From Gemmatimonadota bacterium (GTDB lineage Bacteria; Gemmatimonadota; Gemmatimonadetes; Palauibacterales; Palauibacteraceae): 42,284 bases of DNA. Below the pieces are notes generated by a model. That model did no database searches, was not told the origin of the DNA, and saw only the letters and a program-made list of their open reading frames with translations. The stretch covers positions 5,912-48,195 of the forward strand of contig JBDHAC010000044.1 of NCBI GenBank assembly GCA_039588275.1, written 5' to 3'. Position 1 is the first letter of the stretch. Each line of letters starts with the position of its first letter. The translations under genes were made by a program, and so were the position numbers. Of the stretch, positions 1 through 8,575 are shown in pieces.

Positions 1-1674
1 GCCGGAGTCGAACCAGGCGTCGGCGACCTGTGGCACGCGCCGCATCACGCCGCCGCAATCCCCCTCGGCGCACGTCCAATCGAGTTCATCGATCTCGGGA
101 CGGTGCGGATCGAAATCGTCCGGCAGTCCCCCGACCCGCTCCCCGAGCTCCGCATACGACCCGATCACCTCGCGGTGCGCGTCGTTCTCACTGCACTCCC
201 AGATCGGGAGAGGCGTGCCCCAATAACGATCGCGCGAAAGGGCCCAGTCGACGTTGTTCTCCAGCCATTCGCCCATGCGACCGGTGCCGATTTCGGGCGG
301 ATGCCAATCGACGGAGTGGTTGTTCGCGAGCAGCCTGTCCTTGACCGCGGTCGTGCGGATGTACCAGGAGTTTCGGGCCATGTAGAGGAGCGCGTTGTCA
401 CAACGCCAGCAATGCGGATAGCTGTGCGCGTACATTTCCCGCTGGTACAGGAGGTCGTTGGCGACCAGATAGGCATGGATCGCCCGCTCGGTCGCGGGGT
501 CCTTCACATGCTCTCCACCGAGCCCGCCCGGCACGCTGTCCACGAAGCGGCCCTCTTCGTCCACCGTGTGCTGCATCGGAAGACCGACGCGCTCGCCCAG
601 ACGGAAGTCGTCCTCGCCGTACATCACCGCGGTGTGAACCACGCCCGTTCCCTCCTCGACCGTGACGAAGTCGGCGGTCAGCACGGTCCACGCGTCCGAG
701 CTGTCCGCGGCGTCGACCGCGCCGGGGAACAGAGGCCGGTACCGAGCCCCGGCGAGCTCACTCCCCCTCAGCTCGCCAATGATCTCGTGGGAATCGTGCA
801 GGACCGCCTCGACCCGCTCACGGGCCACGATCAGAACCTCGCCGGGCCGTGCACCGATTCCGGCCGCATCGGACCCACCGGATCGAGCTTCGGCGTCCGT
901 CGTACGTGCTTCGGGCTCCAGGATTCGAGCGCGTACGTAGTCGATGTCTTCGCCGACGGCGAGGGCCAGGTTGCCTGGCAGCGTCCAGGGCGTAGTCGTC
1001 CAGCTCAGAACGCGCGCGTCATCCGGATCATCGACGAGATGGAACTTCACGACCACCGCCGGCTCGGAGACATCGTGGTACCCCTGGGCGACTTCGTGGC
1101 TGGACAGACCCGTGCCGCATCGAGGACAATACGGCACGATCCGGTAACCCCGGTACAGCAGCCCCTGGCGGTGGATCTCCGCCAGCGCCCACCAGACCGA
1201 CTCCACGAACTCGGGCGCGTACGTAACGTAGGGGTGCTCGTAGTCCAGCCAGTAGGCGATCCGCTGCGAGAGCCGCTCCCAGTCGTCCTGGTAGGTGAAG
1301 ATGTTCTCCCGACAGACCCGGTTGAACTCACCGATCCCCAGCGCTTCGATCTCCCGCCTTCCGGAGATGCCGAGTTGCTTCTCGGCCTCGAGCTCGACCG
1401 GGAGACCGTGAGTGTCCCAGCCAGCGATCCGCGTCACGCAATGACCGGTCATCGTGCGGTAGCGCGCGATGAGGTCCTTGATCGTCCGAGAGATGATGTG
1501 GTGAACGCCGGGGCGGCCGTTAGCGGTCGGAGGTCCCTCGTAGAAGACGAAATCGGGCGACCCCTCGCGCCACGCGAGGCTCTTGTGGAAGGTGTCTTCC
1601 TCTTCCCAAACCCGAAGGGTTCGTTCCTCGAGCCCGGTCACGGACTCGGGCAACGGCCGGTAGGCCTTCCCCAT
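1..1674 (-). CDS. ileS: Isoleucine--tRNA ligase, type 2 (IleRS2); 3' end runs off the window
   Basis: Not in the ORF track; translated by hand from ATG 1674: MGKAYRPLPES...FVFYEGPPTANGRPGVHHIISRTIKD...GWDTHGLPVE...SWTTTPWTLPGN...GTGLVH...DWALSR...DAWFDSG at the window edge. Confidence 0.96.
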   Translation of the reverse strand, partial: MGKAYRPLPESVTGLEERTLRVWEEEDTFHKSLAWREGSPDFVFYEGPPTANGRPGVHHIISRTIKDLIARYRTMTGHCVTRIAGWDTHGLPVELEAEKQLGISGRREIEALGIGEFNRVCRENIFTYQDDWERLSQRIAYWLDYEHPYVTYAPEFVESVWWALAEIHRQGLLYRGYRIVPYCPRCGTGLSSHEVAQGYHDVSEPAVVVKFHLVDDPDDARVLSWTTTPWTLPGNLALAVGEDIDYVRARILEPEARTTDAEARSGGSDAAGIGARPGEVLIVARERVEAVLHDSHEIIGELRGSELAGARYRPLFPGAVDAADSSDAWTVLTADFVTVEEGTGVVHTAVMYGEDDFRLGERVGLPMQHTVDEEGRFVDSVPGGLGGEHVKDPATERAIHAYLVANDLLYQREMYAHSYPHCWRCDNALLYMARNSWYIRTTAVKDRLLANNHSVDWHPPEIGTGRMGEWLENNVDWALSRDRYWGTPLPIWECSENDAHREVIGSYAELGERVGGLPDDFDPHRPEIDELDWTCAEGDCGGVMRRVPQVADAWFDSG

Positions 1675-1676
1675 GG

Positions 1677-2507
1677 TCAGATGTTCGCGATGATATTGGT
1701 GATAAGTGCCGTAAGCGCGGGCTCGGCGGCGTTTGCCGCCGCGATGATCTGCTCTACGTTTGCGGGTTCCAGCGCATCCGGCAGGCACGCATCGGTGATC
1801 GTGGCGATAGCGAGGACGCGCAGGCCCACGTGCGTCGCGACGATTGCCTCCGGAACGGTCGACATGCCGACGACGTCCGCCCCGATCGCTCTCAACATCC
1901 GGTACTCTGCCGCGGTCTCGAGATTCGGCCCTGTGACGGCCACATAGACGCCCTCGCGGAGGGGAATCCCGAGGCGAAGCGCCTGTTCCCTGGCAACCGC
2001 TCGCAGCTCGCGGTCGTACACTTCGGACATGTCTGGAAAACGCGGCCCTTGCGAGTCCACGTTCGGACCGATGAGAGGGCTGTCACCCATCAGGTTGATA
2101 TGGTCCGAGAGCAGGACCAAGTCGCCGGGTGGCCACAGCGGGTTCATGCCGCCGACGGCGGAGGTGAGGAGCATGATCTCGACGCCCAGCGCCTTGAGGA
2201 CACGGATCGGAAATCCGATCTCGGCCAACGCGTAACCCTCGTAGCGATGGAACCGGCCGTCCAAGCCCACGACCTGCACACCCTCGAGCGTACCGAGCAC
2301 CAAGCGGCCCGCGTGCGCTTGAACGGTCGAAACGGGGAAACCCGGCAGATCCTCGTAAGGAATCGCAGCCGCCACATCGATCGCGTCCGTGAGCGCCCCG
2401 AGCCCGGTGCCCAAGACCACCGCAACGCGCGGTATCTCCGCGTGCGCTTCTCGAATACGCGCGACCGCCTGCTCGAGCATGGCCTCGAGCTGGCTGGCAT
2501 CGGACAT
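1677..2507 (-). CDS. punA: Purine-nucleoside phosphorylase (trimeric PNP I type)
   Basis: VVLGTGLG, GRFHRYEGY, DHINLMG, GPRFPDMS, GPNLETAAE, GADVVGMSTVPE motifs. Confidence 0.93.
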   Translation of the reverse strand: MSDASQLEAMLEQAVARIREAHAEIPRVAVVLGTGLGALTDAIDVAAAIPYEDLPGFPVSTVQAHAGRLVLGTLEGVQVVGLDGRFHRYEGYALAEIGFPIRVLKALGVEIMLLTSAVGGMNPLWPPGDLVLLSDHINLMGDSPLIGPNVDSQGPRFPDMSEVYDRELRAVAREQALRLGIPLREGVYVAVTGPNLETAAEYRMLRAIGADVVGMSTVPEAIVATHVGLRVLAIATITDACLPDALEPANVEQIIAAANAAEPALTALITNIIANI

Positions 2508-2515
2508 GGACGCCC

Positions 2516-3268
2516 TCAGCTCGTAGTGTCGGGTGGAATCGCGGCGTCAGCCGCTTCGGGTGCGTCGGCCTCGGCGACGATGCGGGAGGGCGGCGAGCCG
2601 TCGCCGGCAGCCGGGCTCGTCTCCTCCACGGTGGAAGCGCCTGGTTGACCGTTGCGCGACGCGGGTGGTTCGGACTCCGCGTCCGCCGCCGACCCCTCGA
2701 CCACCTCCGGTTCGGGCGACGGGGCCGTCCGATCGATATCTGTCTCCGGTGTCTCGGGCTCCCCTTCAAGCCTGCCCAGCAGGTCTCCCAGGTCGTCGGG
2801 CTCGCCCTCCAGCCGCGCTTCCTCCAGCTGGACATAGTCGCTGAAACGATCGAGCATCGATCGGACTGAGCGGATGAAGTGCGTGCGACGCGCCTGCAGA
2901 TCTTCCATGCGACGCTGCGCGTGCCGGATCGCCTGATCCGCGTCGAGCAGGATCGCCTCCGCGTGGGTCTCCGCTTCTCGAAGACGCACGGCCGCGTCTC
3001 GATCTGCCTGGGAACGGGCTTCCTCACGGAGCTCCTGAGCCGCCAGGAGAGCCTCGTTCAAGGCCTTCTCGCGCTCGCGGTATACCGCGAGCTGTTGGCG
3101 GAGCGAGTCTACCTCCTGCGCGAGCGCACGATGGTCGCCGACCAGTTCTTCCAGCCGGTCTGCCACGATGGAGAGAAACGAGTCGACCTGGGCCACGTCG
3201 TACCCGCGCACGGCCCGGCGGAAATCCTCCTTCTTCTTGCGGACATCCAGCGGTGTCAGGTCGATCAT
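2516..3268 (-). CDS. divIVA: DivIVA domain coiled-coil protein with acidic/Pro-rich tail
   Basis: MIDLTPLDVRKKKEDFRRAVRGYDVAQVDSFL is the DivIVA N-terminal signature. ATG 3268 overlaps the yggS stop (ATGA), so the true start is downstream of the track's 3511. Confidence 0.9.
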   Translation of the reverse strand: MIDLTPLDVRKKKEDFRRAVRGYDVAQVDSFLSIVADRLEELVGDHRALAQEVDSLRQQLAVYREREKALNEALLAAQELREEARSQADRDAAVRLREAETHAEAILLDADQAIRHAQRRMEDLQARRTHFIRSVRSMLDRFSDYVQLEEARLEGEPDDLGDLLGRLEGEPETPETDIDRTAPSPEPEVVEGSAADAESEPPASRNGQPGASTVEETSPAAGDGSPPSRIVAEADAPEAADAAIPPDTTS

Positions 3269-3969
3269 TTCGGTCTCTCCCCTAGTAGCACGGTGCCCAG
3301 CCGCAAGCGCGTGCTTCCCTCCTCCACCGCGATCTCGAAGTCGTTGCTCATCCCCATCGAGAGGACGCGGGGCTCGAAGCGCTCGATCTCCTCGGCGCAG
3401 CGCTCCGACAGCTGCCAGGTCCTGCGGAACGTCTCGCGCAGTATGACCTCGTCCGAGGTGAACGGCGCCATCGTCATCAATCCCGCCACCTTCAGCCCTG
3501 GCATCTCGCAAATCTCGGCGAGTGCGTCGGGCGCCTCGTCGAGCGCCAGACCGGTCTTCGCCGCCTCGCTGGACGCGTTCACCTGGACCAGGATCTCCAG
3601 GTCATCGCGAGCTTCTTCGTCCACCAGGCGGCTGAGACGCCCGGCGAGGCGAGTCGAATCCACCGATTCGATCACGTCGAACACGGCCAGCGCTCGACGC
3701 GCCTTGTTTCGCTGTAAATGACCGATCAGGTGCCAGGCGAGCCCCGCGGTACCCGCGAGCTCCGCACGCTTCTGCTCCGCCTCCGGGACCCGGTTTTCTC
3801 CGATTCGTCGTAGCCCGATCTCCGCGACGAGCGGGATCGCATCCGCTGGGTGTCCCTTGGTGACGGGCAGAATCTCGACGGAGGATGGCTCCCGACCGGC
3901 GCGTTCCGCCGCGTCCGCGATCCTGTGGCGAACTTCTGCGAGCCGCTCCTCGAGTCGGTCCCTGATCAC
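3265..3969 (-). CDS. yggS: YggS/PLPBP pyridoxal-phosphate homeostasis protein
   Basis: PVTK, GENRVPE, WHLIGHLQRNK, GLMTMAP, LSMGMSNDFEIAVEEGST motifs. Confidence 0.95.
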   Translation of the reverse strand: MIRDRLEERLAEVRHRIADAAERAGREPSSVEILPVTKGHPADAIPLVAEIGLRRIGENRVPEAEQKRAELAGTAGLAWHLIGHLQRNKARRALAVFDVIESVDSTRLAGRLSRLVDEEARDDLEILVQVNASSEAAKTGLALDEAPDALAEICEMPGLKVAGLMTMAPFTSDEVILRETFRRTWQLSERCAEEIERFEPRVLSMGMSNDFEIAVEEGSTRLRLGTVLLGERPK

Positions 3970-4090
3970 GTCTGCACAGTCTACCCAACCGCGGCAAATG
4001 AAGCGAGCGTGGGCGATTCGCCGCCACAGCCCTACTTCGGGTTTCCACCGGGCCGGGACACCCCCTCGCGGCCGCGAGCGCAGCTCACCG

Positions 4091-4130
4091 AAAAGACGCG
4101 CGCCCGCCGCCGAGAGTGGCGACGGGCGCG
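4091..4130 (-). terminator. Intrinsic terminator downstream of tonB
   Basis: Minus-strand stem CGCGCCCGTCGCC/GGCGGCGGGCGCG followed by TCTTTT. Confidence 0.6.
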
Positions 4131-4145
4131 ATGAAACGGTGCTGA

Positions 4146-4176
4146 TAACCGAGGGCCGCTTATCGGCCCTCGGTTA
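4146..4176. other. Perfect 13-bp hairpin just after the tonB stop (terminator or mRNA-stabilising stem)
   Basis: TAACCGAGGGCCG-CTTAT-CGGCCCTCGGTTA. Confidence 0.6.
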
Positions 4177-4182
4177 CGACAG

Positions 4183-4845
4183 CTAGATCACCTCGAAAGA
4201 GATCCACTGCGAGACCCAGACATCGGTCTCTTTGTCGCGGTTCTTGGCCGGCACGAACCGCATCTCGTTCGCGACTCGCCCCGCGGCCTCGTCCAACTGA
4301 ACGTTCCCACTCGACGTCTTGACCTGGCTCTTCTCGACGAGCCCCTGGGCATTCACGTACAGCCACAGCTCGACACGACCGCCGATGCCGGCGTCCTTCA
4401 GGTTGCGCGGATAGTAGCGCTGCAACAGCTGCTGGACCTGCGCCGAATTCCTCAGTCTGGGAGGCGTGTCGTAGGGAATGAACGAGGGACGGTCCGACGG
4501 GCTCCCTCCCGACGGGGGCGGGGGCAGGTTCTCGACAGGGTTTGTCTCGAACGTGGTCGGGGCGATCGTGACGTCCTCGCTCACCTCGACCGCGGCGACT
4601 CTCGGAGTCGCCGGGCGCGCGATCTGTTCGGGCGGTGGCGGGATCTTCACTTCGGGCGGCAGATCCACCGCCTCGAGCTCCTCGTTCACCACGCCCAGGT
4701 CCGCCGCTTCGAACGGCCTGACGAGCGTAAACAGACCGACGTGTAGGACCACCGCGCTGATCAGCCCGATCTTCGTCCAGTTCGTGCTGGATGTCTTGAA
4801 CAGATCGTTCGCGGTTAAGCGGACGCCGCCGACATCGTTCTCCAT
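4183..4845 (-). CDS. tonB: Energy transducer TonB
   Basis: N-terminal TM segment with SAVVLH, Pro-rich linker, C-terminal YP...GIGGRV...V...G.V...SSG...LDEAA...F.PA domain. Confidence 0.92.
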   Translation of the reverse strand: MENDVGGVRLTANDLFKTSSTNWTKIGLISAVVLHVGLFTLVRPFEAADLGVVNEELEAVDLPPEVKIPPPPEQIARPATPRVAAVEVSEDVTIAPTTFETNPVENLPPPPSGGSPSDRPSFIPYDTPPRLRNSAQVQQLLQRYYPRNLKDAGIGGRVELWLYVNAQGLVEKSQVKTSSGNVQLDEAAGRVANEMRFVPAKNRDKETDVWVSQWISFEVI

Positions 4846-4859
4846 GTGCTTTACTCCCG

Positions 4860-5306
4860 CTAGCGTCTTGGCCGTGAGGCGCGTTGCTCGAGCCGCGTAG
4901 CGAACGTCACGCGAACAGCGCCCGCCCCCTGCAGCTCCTCCGTGATCGTATTGATCTGGGAATAGGGAACTTCCCGATCGCCCCGCAGGGCGACCACGAT
5001 CTCCCGGTTCTCGGCGTAAATCGGGCGAACGACTTCCGAGATGTCATCGTACGGTGTAATCCGGTCGTTGATGTAGACATCCCCGTTTCGCTCCACCCAG
5101 ATGTGGAGAACGTTCTTTCGCTTCTCCTCGATCTTCTTGGTTGCCTCGGCGGCCACCCAGTCGATCTGCCGCTTCTTCTCTTTGCGGAAGACCGTGGTCA
5201 CCATGAAGAAGATGAGGAGCAGAAACGCGATATCAGCGAGCGACGACGTGGGAATCGCGCTCTCAGCGCCCGACTTCCTGTGGAAGCCCGTGTCTTTGAT
5301 GGCCAT
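4860..5306 (-). CDS. exbD: ExbD/TolR family biopolymer transport protein
   Basis: IPTSSLADIAFLLLIFFMVTT; LRGDREVPY. Confidence 0.92.
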   Translation of the reverse strand: MAIKDTGFHRKSGAESAIPTSSLADIAFLLLIFFMVTTVFRKEKKRQIDWVAAEATKKIEEKRKNVLHIWVERNGDVYINDRITPYDDISEVVRPIYAENREIVVALRGDREVPYSQINTITEELQGAGAVRVTFATRLEQRASRPRR

Positions 5307-5729
5307 CTATTCCTCCAGAACCTGGAGGGAGATACGCTCGGCCCCCGCGAGCTTCACCTCGTCGAGGACGTTGATCATGTGCCGGTAGGCGGCGTCGGGG
5401 TCGGTCTTGATCGCCGCGATCAGCCGGTCGTTGGCGATCAGCTCCGAACGCAGGATCCCCTCGATCTCGCGGTACGAAACGACCTGTTCCTGCTCGCTCT
5501 CGCCGCGTCGCACCACGACGCGGCCGTCGGACTGCACCAGGAAGAAGATGATGTTCTTGGGGGAGACATCCTGCTCCGTCGCCTGCTCGGGCAGCACGAT
5601 CGGGAGTCCCTTCTCCTCGTTGAACACCGTTGTCGTGAGGAAGAAGATCAGTAGCAGGAACGCGATGTCGGCGAGCGAGGCGGTCGGGATCTCGTCCGAA
5701 ACCCGCTGCTTCCGTTGCATGATCGGCAT
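5307..5729 (-). CDS. exbD: ExbD/TolR family biopolymer transport protein (second paralog)
   Basis: IPTASLADIAFLLLIFFLTTT; IKTDPDAAY...VLDE. Confidence 0.92.
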   Translation of the reverse strand: MPIMQRKQRVSDEIPTASLADIAFLLLIFFLTTTVFNEEKGLPIVLPEQATEQDVSPKNIIFFLVQSDGRVVVRRGESEQEQVVSYREIEGILRSELIANDRLIAAIKTDPDAAYRHMINVLDEVKLAGAERISLQVLEE

Positions 5730-5786
5730 CTGACGGTCCTTCCTGTTACAGCTGCACCCGTAGGCTTGCTTCCGGGCTTACTCGGG

Positions 5787-6443
5787 TCAACTGGCGGGCT
5801 CGTACCCGCTCTGGCCCTCAATGCTCCAAATGAGATCGAGCACCTTTTGAGTACCAATCTCCATGTCCGCGATCAGTCTGTCCACGCGGGTCACGAAGTA
5901 GTTGTACGCGACGTTGACCGGAATCGCGATCGTGAGACCGGCTGCCGTCGTGATCAGCGCCACCTTGATCCCCGCCGCGACGAGGCTCGGGTCCACCTGG
6001 CCGGCGATCTCGATCGCCTGGAAGGCGAGGATCATTCCTATCACGGTACCCAGAAAGCCCAGCATCGGTGCCACGTTGGCGATGGTGGCGAGTACGGTGA
6101 GGCCTCGCTCGAGGAAGTCGAGCTCGATCACACCGGTAGTGCTGATGGCCTTCTGGACATCGCTGCTCGTGTGCTGTTCCTGTACGCGGCGCAGTCCAGC
6201 GAGCAGGATGGCGGCCACCGGTCCGCGTGTCTCGTTCGCCTTTGAGATCGCCTCTTCGACCCGGCCGGAGACGCCCAACTCCTCTATCTCGTCCAGCAGC
6301 CCTTTGGAGTCGCGGTGGGCGATCCACAACGTCCAACCCTTCGCGATGATGACACCGAGCGCGATCAGCGAGCAAAGGATCAGCGGATACATCATGAAGC
6401 CGCCGTCCCTGAAGAGCGTCATTAGCTCGTATTGGTTGCCCAT
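5787..6443 (-). CDS. exbB: ExbB/TolQ/MotA proton channel protein
   Basis: GGFMMYPL; LATIANVAPMLGFLGTVIGMI; GIKVALITTAAGL. The ATG at 6443 is preferred over GTG 6503. Confidence 0.93.
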   Translation of the reverse strand: MGNQYELMTLFRDGGFMMYPLILCSLIALGVIIAKGWTLWIAHRDSKGLLDEIEELGVSGRVEEAISKANETRGPVAAILLAGLRRVQEQHTSSDVQKAISTTGVIELDFLERGLTVLATIANVAPMLGFLGTVIGMILAFQAIEIAGQVDPSLVAAGIKVALITTAAGLTIAIPVNVAYNYFVTRVDRLIADMEIGTQKVLDLIWSIEGQSGYEPAS

Positions 6444-6540
6444 GTCGCCTGCCTGTGGATGATCGCGGGCCGTGGGGTGACAATCGGCCTCGCCAAAGCG
6501 CACGTATTTGGGACAGGTCTCGCCAAGATACCAGCGCTAG

Positions 6541-6569
6541 ATTTTACGCGGCGCGCCGCGACCCGTCAA
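6541..6569 (-). promoter_or_regulatory. Sigma70-type promoter for exbB-exbD-exbD-tonB
   Basis: Minus strand TTGACG-N17-TAAAAT, overlapping the cdaA stop codon. Confidence 0.75.
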
Positions 6570-7570
6570 ACGTCCGTCGACCCGGCCCCCCCGCCTCCGG
6601 ACCCGCTCCCGAGGGCGCGATCGGGCCCGCCGGCCTCGCCGCGGGACTCGGATTTCGAAGTCTGCGCTCGCGCGGCGGCCCCGGCCAACGCGCTCGCTTC
6701 GCCGGGTGGCGTCGTGATGATCAGATCGCCATCGGGACTCGTGAGGCGGCCCAGCGAGTGTTCGCCGCTGTCGAGCGCCTCCCGGGGAATCTCGGCGGTG
6801 TCATCTTCTGCGGCGAGCCGCGCTTTCAGCTCCTCGGACCTGAGTCCGCGGCGCAGCACGCCTCTTCGAGCGAGCGAAATCGCGCTCGTTTCTTCAGATA
6901 CGACGACGACGAAGGCGTCGGTCTCCTCGGACAGCCCCAGCGCCGCGCGGTGGCGCGTGCCGAGTGTCTTGTCGCTGATCGGGTACTGAGTCAGGGGCAG
7001 AATCACGCCTGCCCCGACGATTTGGTCGCCGCGCACGACGACCGCTCCGTCGTGTAGCGGCGTGCGAGGCGTGAAGATCGTCGTGAGCAAGTCTGCGGAT
7101 ACCTGGGCCTGAAGAGGCGTTCCCTGGCGCTCGATGTACTCGTCGAGCCCGACCTCTCTCTCGACGGCGATGATGGCACCGATCCGAGCGCGTGCCAGCC
7201 GCGCCGCCGCCTTGGCGATCTCGTCCGCAACGACGCGCTCACGCTCCTCGAGGCGCGTGAGGAAATCCAGGACTCGGCTCCGCCCGAGGCGAGCCAGCGC
7301 GCTGCGTAGTTCCGGCTGGAACACCACGATGAGCGCGAAGGCACCGTACGTGAATACCTGTGAGAGAATGTAGCCGATCAGCTGAAGTTGCAGGAAGCGA
7401 GCGAGGAGGTAGACGCCAACGAGCAAGACCAGGCCGAACAGGATCTGAAACGCCCGCGTTCCCGCCCACAGGAGCAGCGCCCTGTAGATGAGGTACGCAA
7501 CCAGCAGGATCTCGATCAGATCCTTCCAGCCGACCTGCATCAAGCGGATATACTCGATGACGCTCTGCAT
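6566..7570 (-). CDS. cdaA: Diadenylate cyclase CdaA/DacA (c-di-AMP synthesis)
   Basis: Three N-terminal TM helices, VVFQPELRSAL, catalytic PLHDGA and GTRHRAALG motifs, VVSEETS. Confidence 0.93.
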   Translation of the reverse strand: MQSVIEYIRLMQVGWKDLIEILLVAYLIYRALLLWAGTRAFQILFGLVLLVGVYLLARFLQLQLIGYILSQVFTYGAFALIVVFQPELRSALARLGRSRVLDFLTRLEERERVVADEIAKAAARLARARIGAIIAVEREVGLDEYIERQGTPLQAQVSADLLTTIFTPRTPLHDGAVVVRGDQIVGAGVILPLTQYPISDKTLGTRHRAALGLSEETDAFVVVVSEETSAISLARRGVLRRGLRSEELKARLAAEDDTAEIPREALDSGEHSLGRLTSPDGDLIITTPPGEASALAGAAARAQTSKSESRGEAGGPDRALGSGSGGGGAGSTDV

Positions 7571-7573
7571 CGC

Positions 7574-8575
7574 CTATGCTCTCGGCCTTTCCGGCTGACC
7601 GGCCGCCACCATCGCCGTGTCGGCGTCGGATCCTATCGCGCTCGAGGCCGCTTCGCGGATACGAAACGCGATCTCCATGGCCCGCCGGACTTCTCTCACA
7701 TCGTGCACCCGAAAGATGTGCGCTCCGCGGTCCAGCGCCATGACGCACGCACCGATGGTCCCCTCGACTCGCTCGTCCGACGGCAGGTTCAGTAGCTGCC
7801 CGATAAACGTCTTGCGGGACGGACCCACCAGAATCGGCCGTCCCAGCGCCGCGAAGGCGTCGACGCGCGCGAGCAGCTCGAGGTTTCCCTCCGTCGACTT
7901 CCCGAATCCGATCCCCGGGTCGAGGACGACCTGCTCGGGGTGGCACCCGGCTTGGACCGCGCGGTCCAACGCCCGCTCGAGGAACCGGCGCACGTCTCCG
8001 ATCAGATCATCATAACGGGTATCCGTCTGCATGGTACGCGGAGTGCCCCGCATATGCATGAGCACGAGCCCTGCGCCGCTCTCGGCAGCGAGCTCCGCGA
8101 GGCGCGGATCTTCGCGCAGGCCCGAAACGTCATTGATCACAGCGGCGCCGACCTCCAACGCCCGTCGAGCCACCTCCAGCTTCGTCGTGTCGACCGAGAG
8201 CGGCATCGCCAGCGCCGACAACCCGGTCAGGACAGGCTCGAGCCGGCGCCACTCCTCCTCCGCATCGACCGGCTCCGCTCCGGGGCGAGTCGATTCGGCG
8301 CCGATGTCCAGCAGATCCGCCCCCGAGTCCACCAGCTCGTGCGCTCTGCCGATCGCCACTTCCGGGTCCTGGTATCGGCCCCCGTCCGAGAAGGAATCCG
8401 GAGTGACGTTGAGGATGCCCGCGATCAGGGGCCGGTCGGTCCGCAGGATGTGATCGCGCAGCCGCCACTCGTGCGACTGCGCCCCACGGGGGTCGGGCCG
8501 ACCCGGATGGTCCACCCCGAGTCCCGGGGGCGGCTCGCGCCTAGGCGGGCGCCGGGGCGGGTTCGCCACCCGCAC
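7574..8575 (-). CDS. folP: Dihydropteroate synthase (start uncertain, may lie nearer 8514)
   Basis: GILNVTPDSFSDGG, DIGAESTRPGA, INDVSG, LDPGIGFGK, GPSRK, FRVHDV. Confidence 0.95.
   Translation of the reverse strand: MRVANPPRRPPRREPPPGLGVDHPGRPDPRGAQSHEWRLRDHILRTDRPLIAGILNVTPDSFSDGGRYQDPEVAIGRAHELVDSGADLLDIGAESTRPGAEPVDAEEEWRRLEPVLTGLSALAMPLSVDTTKLEVARRALEVGAAVINDVSGLREDPRLAELAAESGAGLVLMHMRGTPRTMQTDTRYDDLIGDVRRFLERALDRAVQAGCHPEQVVLDPGIGFGKSTEGNLELLARVDAFAALGRPILVGPSRKTFIGQLLNLPSDERVEGTIGACVMALDRGAHIFRVHDVREVRRAMEIAFRIREAASSAIGSDADTAMVAAGQPERPRA

Noticed and set aside
1660..1700. T-box riboswitch ahead of ileS
   Set aside because: ileS starts 2 nt after the pnp stop, leaving no leader.
103..1947. 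614-aa plus-strand ORF and similar long antisense ORFs (9165-10610, 15468-16541, 28934-30316, 34580-35608)
   Set aside because: Shadow frames opposite ileS, ftsH, rpsB, the ABC genes and mnmA; expected in high-GC DNA and lacking any motifs.
5190..5690. Similar DNA blocks near 5200-5250 and 5630-5690
   Set aside because: They encode the conserved TM helix of the two ExbD paralogs, not a mobile repeat.
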